A stretch of 64,000 nucleotides of DNA from Lama guanicoe (taxonomy: Eukaryota): contig MU057036.1 of NCBI GenBank assembly GCA_013239625.1, positions 11,252,715-11,316,714 on the forward strand, in the 5' to 3' direction. Under the pieces are notes generated by a model. It was not told where the DNA came from and searched no databases. It saw only the letters and a program-made list of their open reading frames with translations. Shown piece after piece: positions 53,082 to 64,000 of the stretch. The stretch's first letter is position 1. Every line of letters begins with the position of its first letter. The position numbers and the translations under genes are program-made.

Positions 53082-56000
53082 GTAAGGAAAGCAAGTACAG
53101 AACCTTTTACTGTGTTGTTATTAAATACCCTTTCCCCAGCCCTGCCCCATCCCCCACCTGAAGGTTTTGGGGGTCATGGGGAGGGGGTTTGGCATGGGGG
53201 GAGTTAGGCACCTCGGCTGCCTTTAGCTGGAGAGGAATAGACCTGTCTCCCAGGGGTCAGCAGATGTCAGTAGGAAAGTGCATTCCACAAATATGCCGGG
53301 ATTCCCGGCAAGCAAGACAACTCGTTGAAGCAACTCGGCATGAGCACGCAAGGGTAGACTCATCCTCCGCTGTTTGAGTTTTGTCCAGACTTGATTTTAA
53401 GGGACTTGGGGTTAGGGTCCTCACGTGTAAATTATTACGCTGTCACTGCACTTCACCATCTCTGTTTTTTCAGATGATTTGCCACAAGTCTTCTAAATAA
53501 GCATTACAACCGCTCCATCCACACCCACCCACAAATACTGGATCTTTTGTCAGTTTGAACAGACAGGAGGCAACTTTTTTTTTTTTATGCAAAGATCATC
53601 TGCCTCCTGTCTTCCTGCCTTCCCAGGAACTGGAATTGGGATGTCCCTGGTGTAGCCTTCATGAGATCTGATATTTCCGGACACATGTTAGTCACAGATC
53701 CCCAAAGACCTAGACACCAAGCATCATCATTAACCAATATTTGCAAGGAGCCCTCTGGTCTGAAGTGAGACCCATCAGTTATTAACGAATGCACTGTGTG
53801 TCTGGCTTGATAATAGGTGCTAAAGGGCAAACAAAGAATAAAACATAATTTCCACCCTTGGGAAACGTTCGTCCGAACGCTACCAGAATTTAATCCCAGT
53901 GCTTCTAAAATCAGAGTCCCAGTCTCAAGGTGCTCACAGGCTAGTAAAGAGAGAGAAGCATGTGTCACTGGGGACAAAAACACACATCAACTTCCAGGCC
54001 TAATTATTCATGTTTAGCTAAGATGATCATGTAATTAAAAGAATGAAACATGATGTTTTACTTAAGAAAAAAATTTATTTTTAAACATTTTTATCTTTGA
54101 AACTCACAACTTGCCAGAGAGGTGGCGTGACTTTTCTGAATGGCCAAGGCCTGGAGAAATCCACTTGCCCAAGGAGCAGCACCTGCTGTTGGATCCCACT
54201 TTATTTCACTCTGGGGAGAGGGGCGATTAGGTGGGAGGGGTGGGGAAGAGAAGAAGAATGGGGGGAGGGGTGGTTAATGCCTAGCAAGAGCTTATTTGGG
54301 AATTTGATTTGTTTTGTTCCCACTGTCCCTTTCTAAACATTTGTGTACTTTTACCCTAAAAAAAAAAAAAAGAGCCATGTATTTATGTGGTTGGACTAGC
54401 ACCCATCCCTGTTCCCAGTAGCCCAGTCACACCCATTAACTGCGGCCCCGGCCAGTTGTGGCTTCGCCAGTTAGGTCCCCTTTTCTTTGGGGACCTCAGG
54501 AGTCCGGAGCCTCTGGCCCACTGGGGAGAATGCACAGTGAACGCTGATGCTTTTGCGGATACAGACACTTCCCGTTCGGTGCTAATNNNNNNNNNNNNNN
54601 NNNNNNNNNNNNNNNNNNNNNNNNNNNNNNNNNNNNNNNNNNNNNNNNNNNNNNNNNNNNNNNNNNNNNNNNNNNNNNNNNNNNNNNNNNNNNNNNNNNN
54701 NNNNNNNNNNNNNNNNNNNNNNNNNNNNNNNNNNNNNNNNNNNNNNNNNNNNNNNNNNNNNAGCACGGAAAAACCCTTAGCACTTTGCCTGAGCCGCGAA
54801 AGAAAGANNNNNNNNNNNNNNNNNNNNNNNNNNNNNNNNNNNNNNNNNNNNNNNNNNNNNNNNNNNNNNNNNNNNNNNNNNNNNNNNNNNNNNNNNNNNN
54901 NNNNNNNNNNNNNNNNNNNNNNNNNNNNNNNNNNNNNNNNNNNNNNNNNNNNNNNNNNNNNNNNNNNNNNNNNNNNNNNNNNNNNNNNNNNNNNNNNNNN
55001 NNNNNNNNNNNNNNNNNNNNNNNNNNNNNNNNNNNNNNNNNNNNNNNNNNNNNNNNNNNNNNNNNNNNNNNNNNNNNNNNNNNNNNNNNNNCGGCGGGCT
55101 TGGCGCTGAGGAGCAGTGCACGGTGCACTTGGTGTGTTGGGCTCTGCTGGACACCTCTCCAAACCCTCCGAGGACAGTTCACTCGTGGGCCCTGCCCTGC
55201 AGGTGCCGAGCGAGAGCCGAGGCAGCCACTTTTGCACTTGCCTTCTTTTTGTAAAGAGAGCACACACGCCACAGCTATCATATCAGCCACCGACTCGAGC
55301 CTGGCAGCTTCTGCGAGCGCAGCTCAGCAGAACTTGCAGAAACATGCCCTCCCTGCCTGCCTCGCCCCTTTGGACAGCCAGCGGGGCTGGGGGCAGCGCA
55401 GCCTCACTGCGTAGAACGGAGAGGCCCAGGCTCGGTCCCAGCGCACAGCCAGCTAGAGCCCGACAAGGTGACAGAGCTGGGACCAAAATCAGCCCTTATG
55501 GAATCTGCCTAAATTACGTGTACAGACCAGTCCAGTAGTGAATCAGTACCCACCATGTGCTGAGTCCTCTACCGAGCACTGCAGAGAATGCAGAAGAAAT
55601 GGGAGATATGGTCCTGCCCGATGAGAATTTACGATCCCCTTGGATTATTATTTCCATGATGTAATAAGGCACTCATAATGTCTTCAAGCTCCAGATAGCA
55701 GCTGTCCCCCTTCCTCCTGAGTCCCTCATTCGTAGGTAGGCTGGTGGGTGGGCCTCCTTCTCCTGAGCCCAGGTTCTGGTCCTCACCTCCCTTCCCTATG
55801 GAGACCCAGTGCTGTAGGAGCCAGGTTTGACCAGTACAGATCTCTGTGTACACACGCACTCCCACACACAGTGACACACACAGGCCTTCTCATCCTAACC
55901 ACCCTTTAATAAGCACGACTCTGACCCCTACGACTTTCTGTTTGCTGGAGGTAGCTCTCCCCACTATAAGCTGTTCTTTAAAACTCTTAGCCTTTCTGCG

Positions 56001-56199
56001 TGTGCTTGGTGTGGTGCATGAAAAGTCGATTCTTTGTGTTGCTCCCATCTCGAGGGGAGGTCGTGAGGTTTAGACCTCGGCTGTGTCCAGTGGGGAGCGG
56101 GGAGGGCTCTGAGGGGCGGGGCGGGGAGGATGGGGGGGAGCAACAGCTTATCTGGTCCTGGCACTGTCTCTGCTCCCCTTCCTGAGGGCTGGCGTCCGC

Positions 56200-57270
56200 T
56201 CTTGCAGCCAGGAGACCCCCGAGCAGGCCCGAGGGAAGGCTCTGTCGGCAACCAGAGCCTAAGAGGGTCCTCTTCATCCCTCCGGAGGCGGCAGGGCTGG
56301 GCTGGACAGGGGGCAGGCCAGGCCTCAGGCTGGGGAGGGCGTCCAGAGGGAAGGCTGGTGAGGCGGGTAGCAACCGGGGGACCGCAGAGCCCGCGCGGCT
56401 GACCCTCCCTGTCCNNNNNNNNNNNNNNNNNNNNNNNNNNNNNNNNNNNNNNNNNNNNNNNNNNNNNNNNNNNNNNNNNNNNNNNNNNNNNNNNNNNNNN
56501 NNNNNNNNNNNNNNNNNNNNNNNNNNNNNNNNNNNNNNNNNNNNNNNNNNNNNNNNNNNNNNNNNNNNNNNNNNNNNNNNNNNNNNNNNNNNNNNNNNNN
56601 NNNNNNNNNNNNNNNNNNNNNNNNNNNNNNNNNNNNNNNNNNNNNNNNNNNNNNNNNNNNNNNNNNNNNNNNNNNNNNNNNNNNNNNNNNNNNNNNNNNN
56701 NNNNNNNNNNNNNNNNNNNNNNNNNNNNNNNNNNNNNNNNNNNNNNNNNNNNNNNNNNNNNNNNNNNNNNNNNNNNNNNNNNNNNNNNNNNNNNNNNNNN
56801 NNNNNNNNNNGTCTTCAGCCGCCATGTCAAGAAGCACCAGAGCGCGGACTGCCCCGAGGAGGACAAGAAGGGTCCGTGCCCGGCCCCCGCCAAGGACGCC
56901 GCCGGCCCTGGGGCCCCGCTCCTCGTCGTCGGGAGCTCCCGCCACCTCCTGTCTCCCCTGTCGGTCATGTCCGCCTCCCAGGCTCTGCAGACCGTGGCCC
57001 TGTCGGCCGTCGGCGGGGGCGGGGGCGGGGGCGGCTCCGAGCCCAGCCTGGCACTCAAGGCCTTGCCCTTGAACGGCTCCCCTTTGCGCTTCGACAAGTA
57101 CCGGAACTCGGATTTTGCCCATCTCATTCCCTTGACCATGTTGTACCCCAAGAACCAGCTGGATCTCACATTCCACCCTCCCCGACCTCAGACTGCGCCG
57201 CCCAGCATCCCCTCCCCGAAACACTCCTTCCTCGCCTATCTCGGACTAAGAGAAAGAGCGGAGACTGTCT
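56200..57270. other. GC/CpG-rich island over the last splice acceptor and terminal coding exon
   Basis: Visibly dense CpG and high GC compared with the AT-rich introns; partly hidden by the gap. Confidence 0.65.
56415..56810. other. Assembly gap hiding the start of the terminal exon (other gaps: 4834-5037, 54587-54761, 54808-55091, 58206-58333, 58571-58725, 60263-60424)
   Basis: Runs of N. Confidence 0.99.
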
Positions 57271-57272
57271 GA
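56811..57272 (+). CDS. ZNF827: ZNF827 terminal exon coding part (long isoform), 5'-partial because of gap 56415-56810: VFSRHVKKHQSADCPEEDKKGPCPAPAKDAAGPGAPLLVVGSSRHLLSPLSVMSASQAL...HSFLAYLGLRERAETV*
   Basis: 153 uninterrupted codons from the gap edge to TGA at 57270-57272; strong G/C third-position bias; starts with the HxxxH end of a C2H2 finger; branch-point-like CTGAC (56399-56403) and a pyrimidine tract run into the gap. Confidence 0.85.
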   Translation, partial: VFSRHVKKHQSADCPEEDKKGPCPAPAKDAAGPGAPLLVVGSSRHLLSPLSVMSASQALQTVALSAVGGGGGGGGSEPSLALKALPLNGSPLRFDKYRNSDFAHLIPLTMLYPKNQLDLTFHPPRPQTAPPSIPSPKHSFLAYLGLRERAETV

Positions 57273-60262
57273 GGGCAGCCAGGCTCTGTACCAAAAACCA
57301 AGAGACAGACAAAAACAAACAAAAACAAAACCCACAAAACTTAAACACAACCCCAGCAGGTGTATGTTGCTGCAAAACCTACAGACTCCCATGGGTCTGA
57401 ACCACGTGTACTGTATATCTTTAGTAAGGAATAGAGAATTGGCTCTGTGTGTATACCTATTGCATTGACCTGAAAGCTGCTTTATCCAGTCTTCAGAGAG
57501 GTGACCTACTGCGCCCGTCTACCTTCAGAGGCATGCCTCCCCAGCCACCCACTCCCACTCAGCCCTCCTCGGTCCTTTTATCTGAAAGGAAATTTGTCTC
57601 GTTAAACCCTGAAGGGAGTGTCCTTACTAGCAATCAGCCCTTGTAAGCTTCTACACCGGTGCATTTTATTTTCCGTTGGGTGAATGTAGTGAGTGGGCGT
57701 TTGTGGATTTGGAAAGAGACCTCCGTGTGTCCTGTGCCGGGACATTTGCACATTCTTTGTACTGGCTTCTTTCACAGCGATGAACATTCTCTCCCCTCCC
57801 CACCCCACCCCCCAGGACTTTCATCCACGCCAGTCACTTCCCTGAGCTCCCTCAGTACCTTCCTCTATTTTATGGCTACAGAGTGGTAGGGCCTGGTGCT
57901 TAGTCGATGAAGGAACGGTGGACATCCTCAGTGCTGCCTGAGATTTCCCACAAGAGTCCTGGAGACCATGTGCTCCGATCTCTGGTCATGAAGACACTAG
58001 TCATCAAGAGCCCTCGTGTGGAAGAAATACCTCGCAGCACTGCAGCCCACATCACAAAACTCCAGTGTTTTGTGTGTGTGTCCATACGTATGCAGTGTGT
58101 ATGCTACACACACACAGTGCATCATTTTTTAAGGGCAGATTATATATATATATGATGTATTAAGTCATGGTTACCATTTGTTTGCAGGAAAAGAAAAATT
58201 GTATGNNNNNNNNNNNNNNNNNNNNNNNNNNNNNNNNNNNNNNNNNNNNNNNNNNNNNNNNNNNNNNNNNNNNNNNNNNNNNNNNNNNNNNNNNNNNNNN
58301 NNNNNNNNNNNNNNNNNNNNNNNNNNNNNNNNNNGTGCTTTGGTCTTGCACTAGTTTTTGTTTCTCATCTGCAAAAAAGAAAAAAGTAAAATAAAAGGAA
58401 GAAAATGTACCTTTTTTATGGAATGAGTAGACTGTATGTTTGAAACTTTTGTCACAACCTCTTTGACATATAACGACCCAACAAAAAGGTGCTGTTTAGT
58501 CCTACGGTTCAGTTTATACCCCTGAGACGTTTCCATTGTGTTTGCGGATTGTCTGGCTATGGCGGTATTCNNNNNNNNNNNNNNNNNNNNNNNNNNNNNN
58601 NNNNNNNNNNNNNNNNNNNNNNNNNNNNNNNNNNNNNNNNNNNNNNNNNNNNNNNNNNNNNNNNNNNNNNNNNNNNNNNNNNNNNNNNNNNNNNNNNNNN
58701 NNNNNNNNNNNNNNNNNNNNNNNNNGGTGGGTTGCATAGCCCCTTTGCTGTTCTTAAAAAGCAATGGGTATGTAAGAAGAAGAAAAGGAACAGAATCTTT
58801 GGCTAAATATGTTAATGGCTTGTATTTTTAAGACAACAGGATTTCCAGGATGAAACAGGCTGAAAGAGCAGGGAAAAAAAATGTGCTTTGTATAACAATG
58901 GGAAGTTTGGAATATAAAAGTTGTATCTATTATTTATCTATCGAAGAACTGGTGTATGGAAGGAATGCTTTCTTACTGCGTTGCTGTTTTCCATCATGTG
59001 TTATCCTAGAGTTGGGATTTTTTTTTTCCGTCTGTTTCACCAGGGGAAAATAAAAGCGTCCCTAATTTTCTTCCTCTAGTCAGTTTGCTTCACTGAAAGC
59101 TCCCCCTTGAAACTGGTACCGTTGTACAGGAAGCCAGAAGTCTGTAACTTCTGTCCACACCATGGTCCTCCCCCGTACCCACCCTTCTTCCCCCAGACTT
59201 AGCAGGTGTGCTAACACTTCCCTTGGCCAGTCATCCAGCCCTGGCAAAGCTGTTTACACTAAGGAGATGTCCCCAGGGGCAGGGAGGCTGAGCCAGCTAG
59301 GGCGGGAAGCTCCCGCACCCTCGGTCATCTTCCAGCAGAGACATTTGTTCTTGGCCACGTTTGACACGTCATTCAACGTCGCCCTCGTGATGTCTCGGTA
59401 AAAGACACTATAGACAGTTATAGACAATACACTCCAAGAATACTGGGCTTCTGGGTTTGTTGGTGTTTTTTTTTTAAAGTCATGTCTTTATCCCCATTTA
59501 ATGGAGAATGTGCCACTTGGCTAATCTTGTGCTTTCAAAATTACAAGTTCAGTGATAACAGGAAAGGAGGCCACGGTGATCCCACAGGGGCTGGCAGAGA
59601 GGCGTGAGCACCAGCAGGTTAAAAACCTGAAGGGTGGCCCTGGCAATTAGGACTGCAGACTTTACAGTGTGCCACTTGTGCAATACAAGGTCCTAGGGTG
59701 AAAGCTGCAAGATCAAGAGGGGCGTTGGAAGGAGATGGTTACCGCTCAAATGCTTGCCACTGAACTTGTATTTGAATGACTTAGTTATGCTTAATGTAAT
59801 TGGGCAACGTTTTTTAGCACTTTGGAAAGAGTCATCAGTCTTTCTGGTAAATTATAAAAGTTTTCTGAGTGAGAAAAGGTGTGTTTGGAGTTTGTTTGAC
59901 TTTTTATATTATTATTGTTATTAATAAAGAAAAATCTACAGCATTTTTCAGATTCCACCCAGGTAATATGTACCCCTGAATTTGGTTTGCAGTTTGATAC
60001 TCAGGGAAGGATGTATTCCATAGATATCCTTTCCGTGTAAAACACTAACATCTTTGAGATATTCACCTGCCAACTAACTTCAATTCTGTTTTCACTATGC
60101 ATTCTTCAATGAAAGCTAGCTTATTTTTCCATATAGTAATGCAGTTAGAATTCTCAGAACTTTCTTCTATCCTTTTTTTTAACTCCTCATATTATGTTCA
60201 GATGATCATACTGTCAAGGTTTGTGTACATTACTGAAAATTTGTATTGTATAAAGCTTTTTT
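57273..60262 (+). other. ZNF827: ZNF827 3' UTR (end probably in or near gap 60263-60424)
   Basis: Follows the stop codon; no recognisable interspersed repeats; AATAAA at 58390, 59049 and 59923; UGUA-rich stretch at 60220-60257 before the gap and a GU/U-rich stretch after it. Confidence 0.7.
59923..59928 (+). promoter_or_regulatory. Candidate polyadenylation signal AATAAA
   Basis: Canonical hexamer with a U-rich upstream context; actual use is unknown. Confidence 0.4.
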
Positions 60263-60946
60263 NNNNNNNNNNNNNNNNNNNNNNNNNNNNNNNNNNNNNN
60301 NNNNNNNNNNNNNNNNNNNNNNNNNNNNNNNNNNNNNNNNNNNNNNNNNNNNNNNNNNNNNNNNNNNNNNNNNNNNNNNNNNNNNNNNNNNNNNNNNNNN
60401 NNNNNNNNNNNNNNNNNNNNNNNNNGCTATCCTTGGCTACGTGTTAGTCTCAGGGTTCTGTTTGTCTTGCTTTGTTCTAATTTTCGCTTTTTCAGTGTAT
60501 TTTTAAAAAGTTTAGGAAATGTCCACTACTAATTATATACTATTGCAAAATGCAAGTTTTGAAGAGCCATGGTCATAATGCAAACCATTACTATGTAAAT
60601 CATTCCTGGCCATGAAGGTTGAGAGCATATCCATCAGTCAGTCCAGCTGCAGGCTGGCTCCTTCCTTAAAATACTTCATGACTTTTTCAAAGTGCTCACC
60701 AGCCTTATGCTCTCCTGCTTAATATCATTTTATTCACTCCATCACCATAGAAGGGGAGCAGGGAATAGATGAGTAATTCCATTTGTCTTAATGAAGTTTG
60801 GCAACTGTGCGATTTTAATGAGGGGGGAAATGGTATGTTTTACAAGCTAAGTAATCATCTATCCAAATGCAGTAAGAGTTCACCATTCAGAGGAAGGTGC
60901 CAGAGAAAGAAACTGAGGCAGAGAGAGAGAAATCAATTAAAAAAAC

Positions 60947-60994
60947 TTTTTTGTGTTTTTTTGCGGGGGGAGGGAAGTAATTAGGTTTGTTTGT

Positions 60995-61054
<60 letters not shown>

Positions 61055-61124
61055 TAAAGGTACTGGGTGGGGATTGAACCCAGGACCTCATGCATGCTAA
61101 GTACCTCTGAGTTATACCCTCCCC
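60947..61124 (-). mobile_element. tRNA-derived SINE (Vic-1-like) with expanded (TTTA)n internal tract
   Basis: Same body as the other copies (GAACCCAGGACCTCATGCATGCT...TATACCCTCCCC on +) with a small internal deletion. Confidence 0.85.
60994..61052. repeat. (TTTA)n microsatellite within a SINE
   Basis: About 15 consecutive tetramer units. Confidence 0.95.
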
Positions 61125-63600
61125 ACTAAATCAGTTTTAAAGTTCTGTCCATCAGAGAACTTCCCCAGGAATTCTTGATTTGGTGAAAAATAGAAAGCAG
61201 CAAAAGAGAATGTTTTGGTTCACATCTTGCATTATATGTATTCACGTTATTATTCACATTCACATTATACGTAGAACGTCCTTGGCACGTTGCAAGAAAT
61301 TATGAACCGCTTCACTCTAACATTTAAAAAGATCAACTTGACTTTTTATAAAATGACGTTGACATAGGAGCAGCCCCTTTGAAAGTGGACGGTGACTATT
61401 CAGACACCATTCTCCCCTTTGTGTTTTCATCCAATAACTATCTTCAGGTGATTGACTCGAGTTCTCCCACCTGATTCAAATACTCAGGTTGTTTGCGGGT
61501 GGCTAGTATTTATTGAAAACATTAAAACAAGTCAGGCTTCTTTATTTTTTGCATAGCTTCTCATTTGGTATAGAGTTTTCTCCTTCAATTCCATACCCAC
61601 CTCACATTTTCCTTTTGGTTGAGAAAAGCCAGAAATAGAAATTAATCATCAGATTGGTACTTGTTTCCCCTGTTAATGGGCCTCCAGTGACTTTGAGGAG
61701 TGGCTGGGACGGGAGCCGTCCATGACAGAGCAGACCCCATCCTCCTCCATCTTCACTACCTAGAGGGCACTGCAGTGTGGACCTGGCCATCTCCAAGCCA
61801 GCCATGGGGCCCCTGTTTGAATTCAATCCAAGATCATGCATACTTTTCCTACTGTTGTGTTAAATAAACAGATTGTAAGCTTAAGACTCGAGGCCATGTT
61901 TTCTATAATGTGTCTACAGCTGATTGGCCCATTTGGTGTACATTAGAAACCGCCCCTGACCATTTCCTAGAGTTGCAGTGCTGGTCACAGGAGAGCAAGG
62001 AGAAATATCAAGATTTGATGAGCATTGGTATCTCCTTACCCACAGCCAGAAGCATCACATTAGATCTCTTGCTTGGCCAAGGTCATGTGGGGGCTCACGA
62101 AGGCTTTGAAGGGCATGACTCTTTCTTTGCCAAAACACAGAATCAAGTCACCTCGATGCTTTCAGACCTTGGGGAGGAGCTCATACAAAAGGGGAGGGAG
62201 GGACAGAAGGGGATGACTGCTGAGTGATTTCGTCTGTTTGAAGTGGGACATAAGGGATCGGGGGCTCATACAAAATAAACAAACTTTCATCGGAGAATGT
62301 AAAACTAGACTTCTCCCCAACAGTGCCTTAGAACCTGTGAGCAAAATCACACGATCGAAGAATGCTCTTGGGATTCAGATCCCAATTCAAGGAGCCATCA
62401 ACCACAGATAGTCCGGAGACCCCAGCCAACACTCTTCCTTATGCGTCTGTCTCAAAACAGAAGACTCACACAAAACGAGGTTCATTTTGCAAGTAACTCC
62501 AACTCACTAAGAAAGCAAATGCCCATAAAGCTGGCCCTGGGGTAAGTAAGTGTGGTGACTCTGGGACCGAGGGGCCCGTCCTTCCCTTGACCGCAGTCTG
62601 CACGGTCTCGGGTTAGTGACCAGGACAGCTTCTGTACGGGATAGCAGTTCTCCTATGCAGCATCCTTTCTTGATAGCTGGATCTGTAAAATAGACAAATG
62701 CAAGTCCCGCTCATGTTGGTAGGAGTGGCAAAGGAGAAAAGGAAAAGCCATTGTTGTATCTCCTGGGGATTCCTTTTTGATAGAGTTAAGGAATGTATTA
62801 GCTAATTCGTTCTTAGTTTTCAACAGACTTACAGAACTGAAACAGAGAATCCATCTCAATTAACAATTATAAATTATTGTCCCCCATGGCAGTCCCTACA
62901 GGTGGGTTTCTACTCTATTTAGTAAGAATATCTGGGTGACAGATAACATTTTTCCACCACAAAAGACATTACCATGGAGTCAGATCACCTGAGCTTAAAG
63001 TCTGACTCAGAAGCATCTTATGAGAAGAAGGATTGAACTATACAATCTCAAAGACCCCTTCCCACCCTAGCAGATAACATGTAATACACGACGACTCCAT
63101 GACTCTTTCCAAACAAGCAAGTCAGCTTTTTGAAACAAGAGTGGTCCCAAAGCAGAATCCTGGCAAGGCAGTTATAGCAAAAATGGCACCTCAAAATTTT
63201 CAAGTCACAACAGACCTAAGAGAGAAAAAAAAAAAATGGCTGAAAATATTTGTTTGCCCACTTCAGAGTTTGGGAGGTCTAAAATTTGTCTCTTTTGATT
63301 AAACACTAAGTCACCATGCTTGGATTGCCTGCAGTCATCTTAAGAGTGGCTTAAATGTATTTTACCAAACCGTGGGTACTTAATCTGGTTAGATGAGTTA
63401 GGAGGTAGCCAGGTGGGGCAGGAAAGGTTTTGCCTTTTCCATCTTCATCTCTCTGACTGTGCCCCCTCCTTTTCCCACCACCTGACTGCTTCCAGCCTTC
63501 TCCAGGTGACTGGTGCAATTGTGACTGCTAAGCTCTCTGCCCACCATGTTTCAAATGTTTTCTGGAGAAAAGCAAAAGGTTTCTTTTAACAGGTAATGAA

Positions 63601-63723
63601 GGGGAGGCTATAGCTCAGTGGTAGAGCATATGCTTCGCGTGCACACGGTGCTGGGTTCAATCCCCAGTACCTCCATTAAAACACACACACACACACACAT
63701 AAATAAATAAGTCCTTAAAAAGA
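63601..63723 (+). mobile_element. tRNA-derived SINE (Vic-1-like) with (CA)n in tail
   Basis: GGGGAGGCTATAGCTCAGTGGTAGAG...GGGTTCAATCCC; perfect 13-bp TSD AACAGGTAATGAA at 63588-63600 and 63724-63736. Confidence 0.92.
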
Positions 63724-64000
63724 AACAGGTAATGAAAGACACTTTAGTTTTAATACAGTACAAGAATATACTAAATATTGTTATTTTGCCGCTTGTTTAG
63801 AAAGACTCTCAGCCCGTGAACTCTGAGCACATTAGGAAAGCTCTCAGGCACTTCCATTGGATGGAAGGGCTCCTCGTGTTTTACAGAAACACAGGGAAAT
63901 AACTGATCTATCTCCATCATCAGACAAATGGGGCCAAAAGAGCAAACACTGGGCTGGGACCAGGGTAATTTATCTAGCCATCCTCCAGCCTGAATTCCAG

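Noticed and set aside
55185-55254. Possible alternative acceptor ccctgccctgcAG|G at 55201-55202, giving ...GGLKCRARAEAATFALAFFL*
   Set aside because: Short, interrupted pyrimidine tract, no clear donor and no homology support; kept only as a low-probability candidate.
54383-57224. Long ORFs of 209-401 aa on both strands (e.g. 55964..57169 -, 56325..57224 -, 54383..55267 -)
   Set aside because: Their length comes from reading through N-gaps and from GC-rich antisense shadows of the ZNF827 exon.
56967-57272. 101-aa ORF (MSASQAL...) as an independent small gene
   Set aside because: The frame stays open upstream to the gap and includes a zinc-finger end, so it is better explained as the ZNF827 terminal exon.
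62535-62555. Strong donor-like G|GTAAGT downstream of the gene
   Set aside because: No matching acceptor or coding frame identified; such motifs occur by chance.
63601-63675. tRNA-Ala-like sequences (also at 30712, 42045 and 61124)
   Set aside because: SINE heads with A-rich tails and (in three copies) TSDs, not tRNA genes.

Overview
Mammalian genomic DNA from a draft assembly with 7 N-gaps, probably camelid (four copies of a Vic-1-like tRNA-derived SINE; no Bov-tA or PRE-1 SINEs recognised). The window holds the 3' part of ZNF827 on the + strand. About 38 kb of one large intron (1-38242) is followed by five coding exons with canonical GT-AG sites and consistent phases (38243-38380, 42258-42429, 43504-43670, 52355-52546, 52904-53081), encoding six C2H2 fingers. 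A GC-rich terminal exon follows, its 5' part hidden in a 396-nt gap. Its visible part (56811-57272) is an open frame starting with the tail of another zinc finger (VFSRHVKKH) and ending ...LAYLGLRERAETV*. A ~3 kb 3' UTR follows. The rest is ordinary mammalian repeat content (L1, L2, MIR, MaLR/ERV LTRs, MER20, MER58, Tigger). I found no evidence for a new multi-gene system. The most interesting signal is a possible C-terminal isoform switch in ZNF827 between a long form with extra fingers and early-stopping forms. Also notable are an old ~350-bp local duplication, a recent perfect duplication with a deletion, and a composite inverted L1 insertion. Repeat family names come from recognising consensus motifs by eye and need RepeatMasker/Dfam confirmation.
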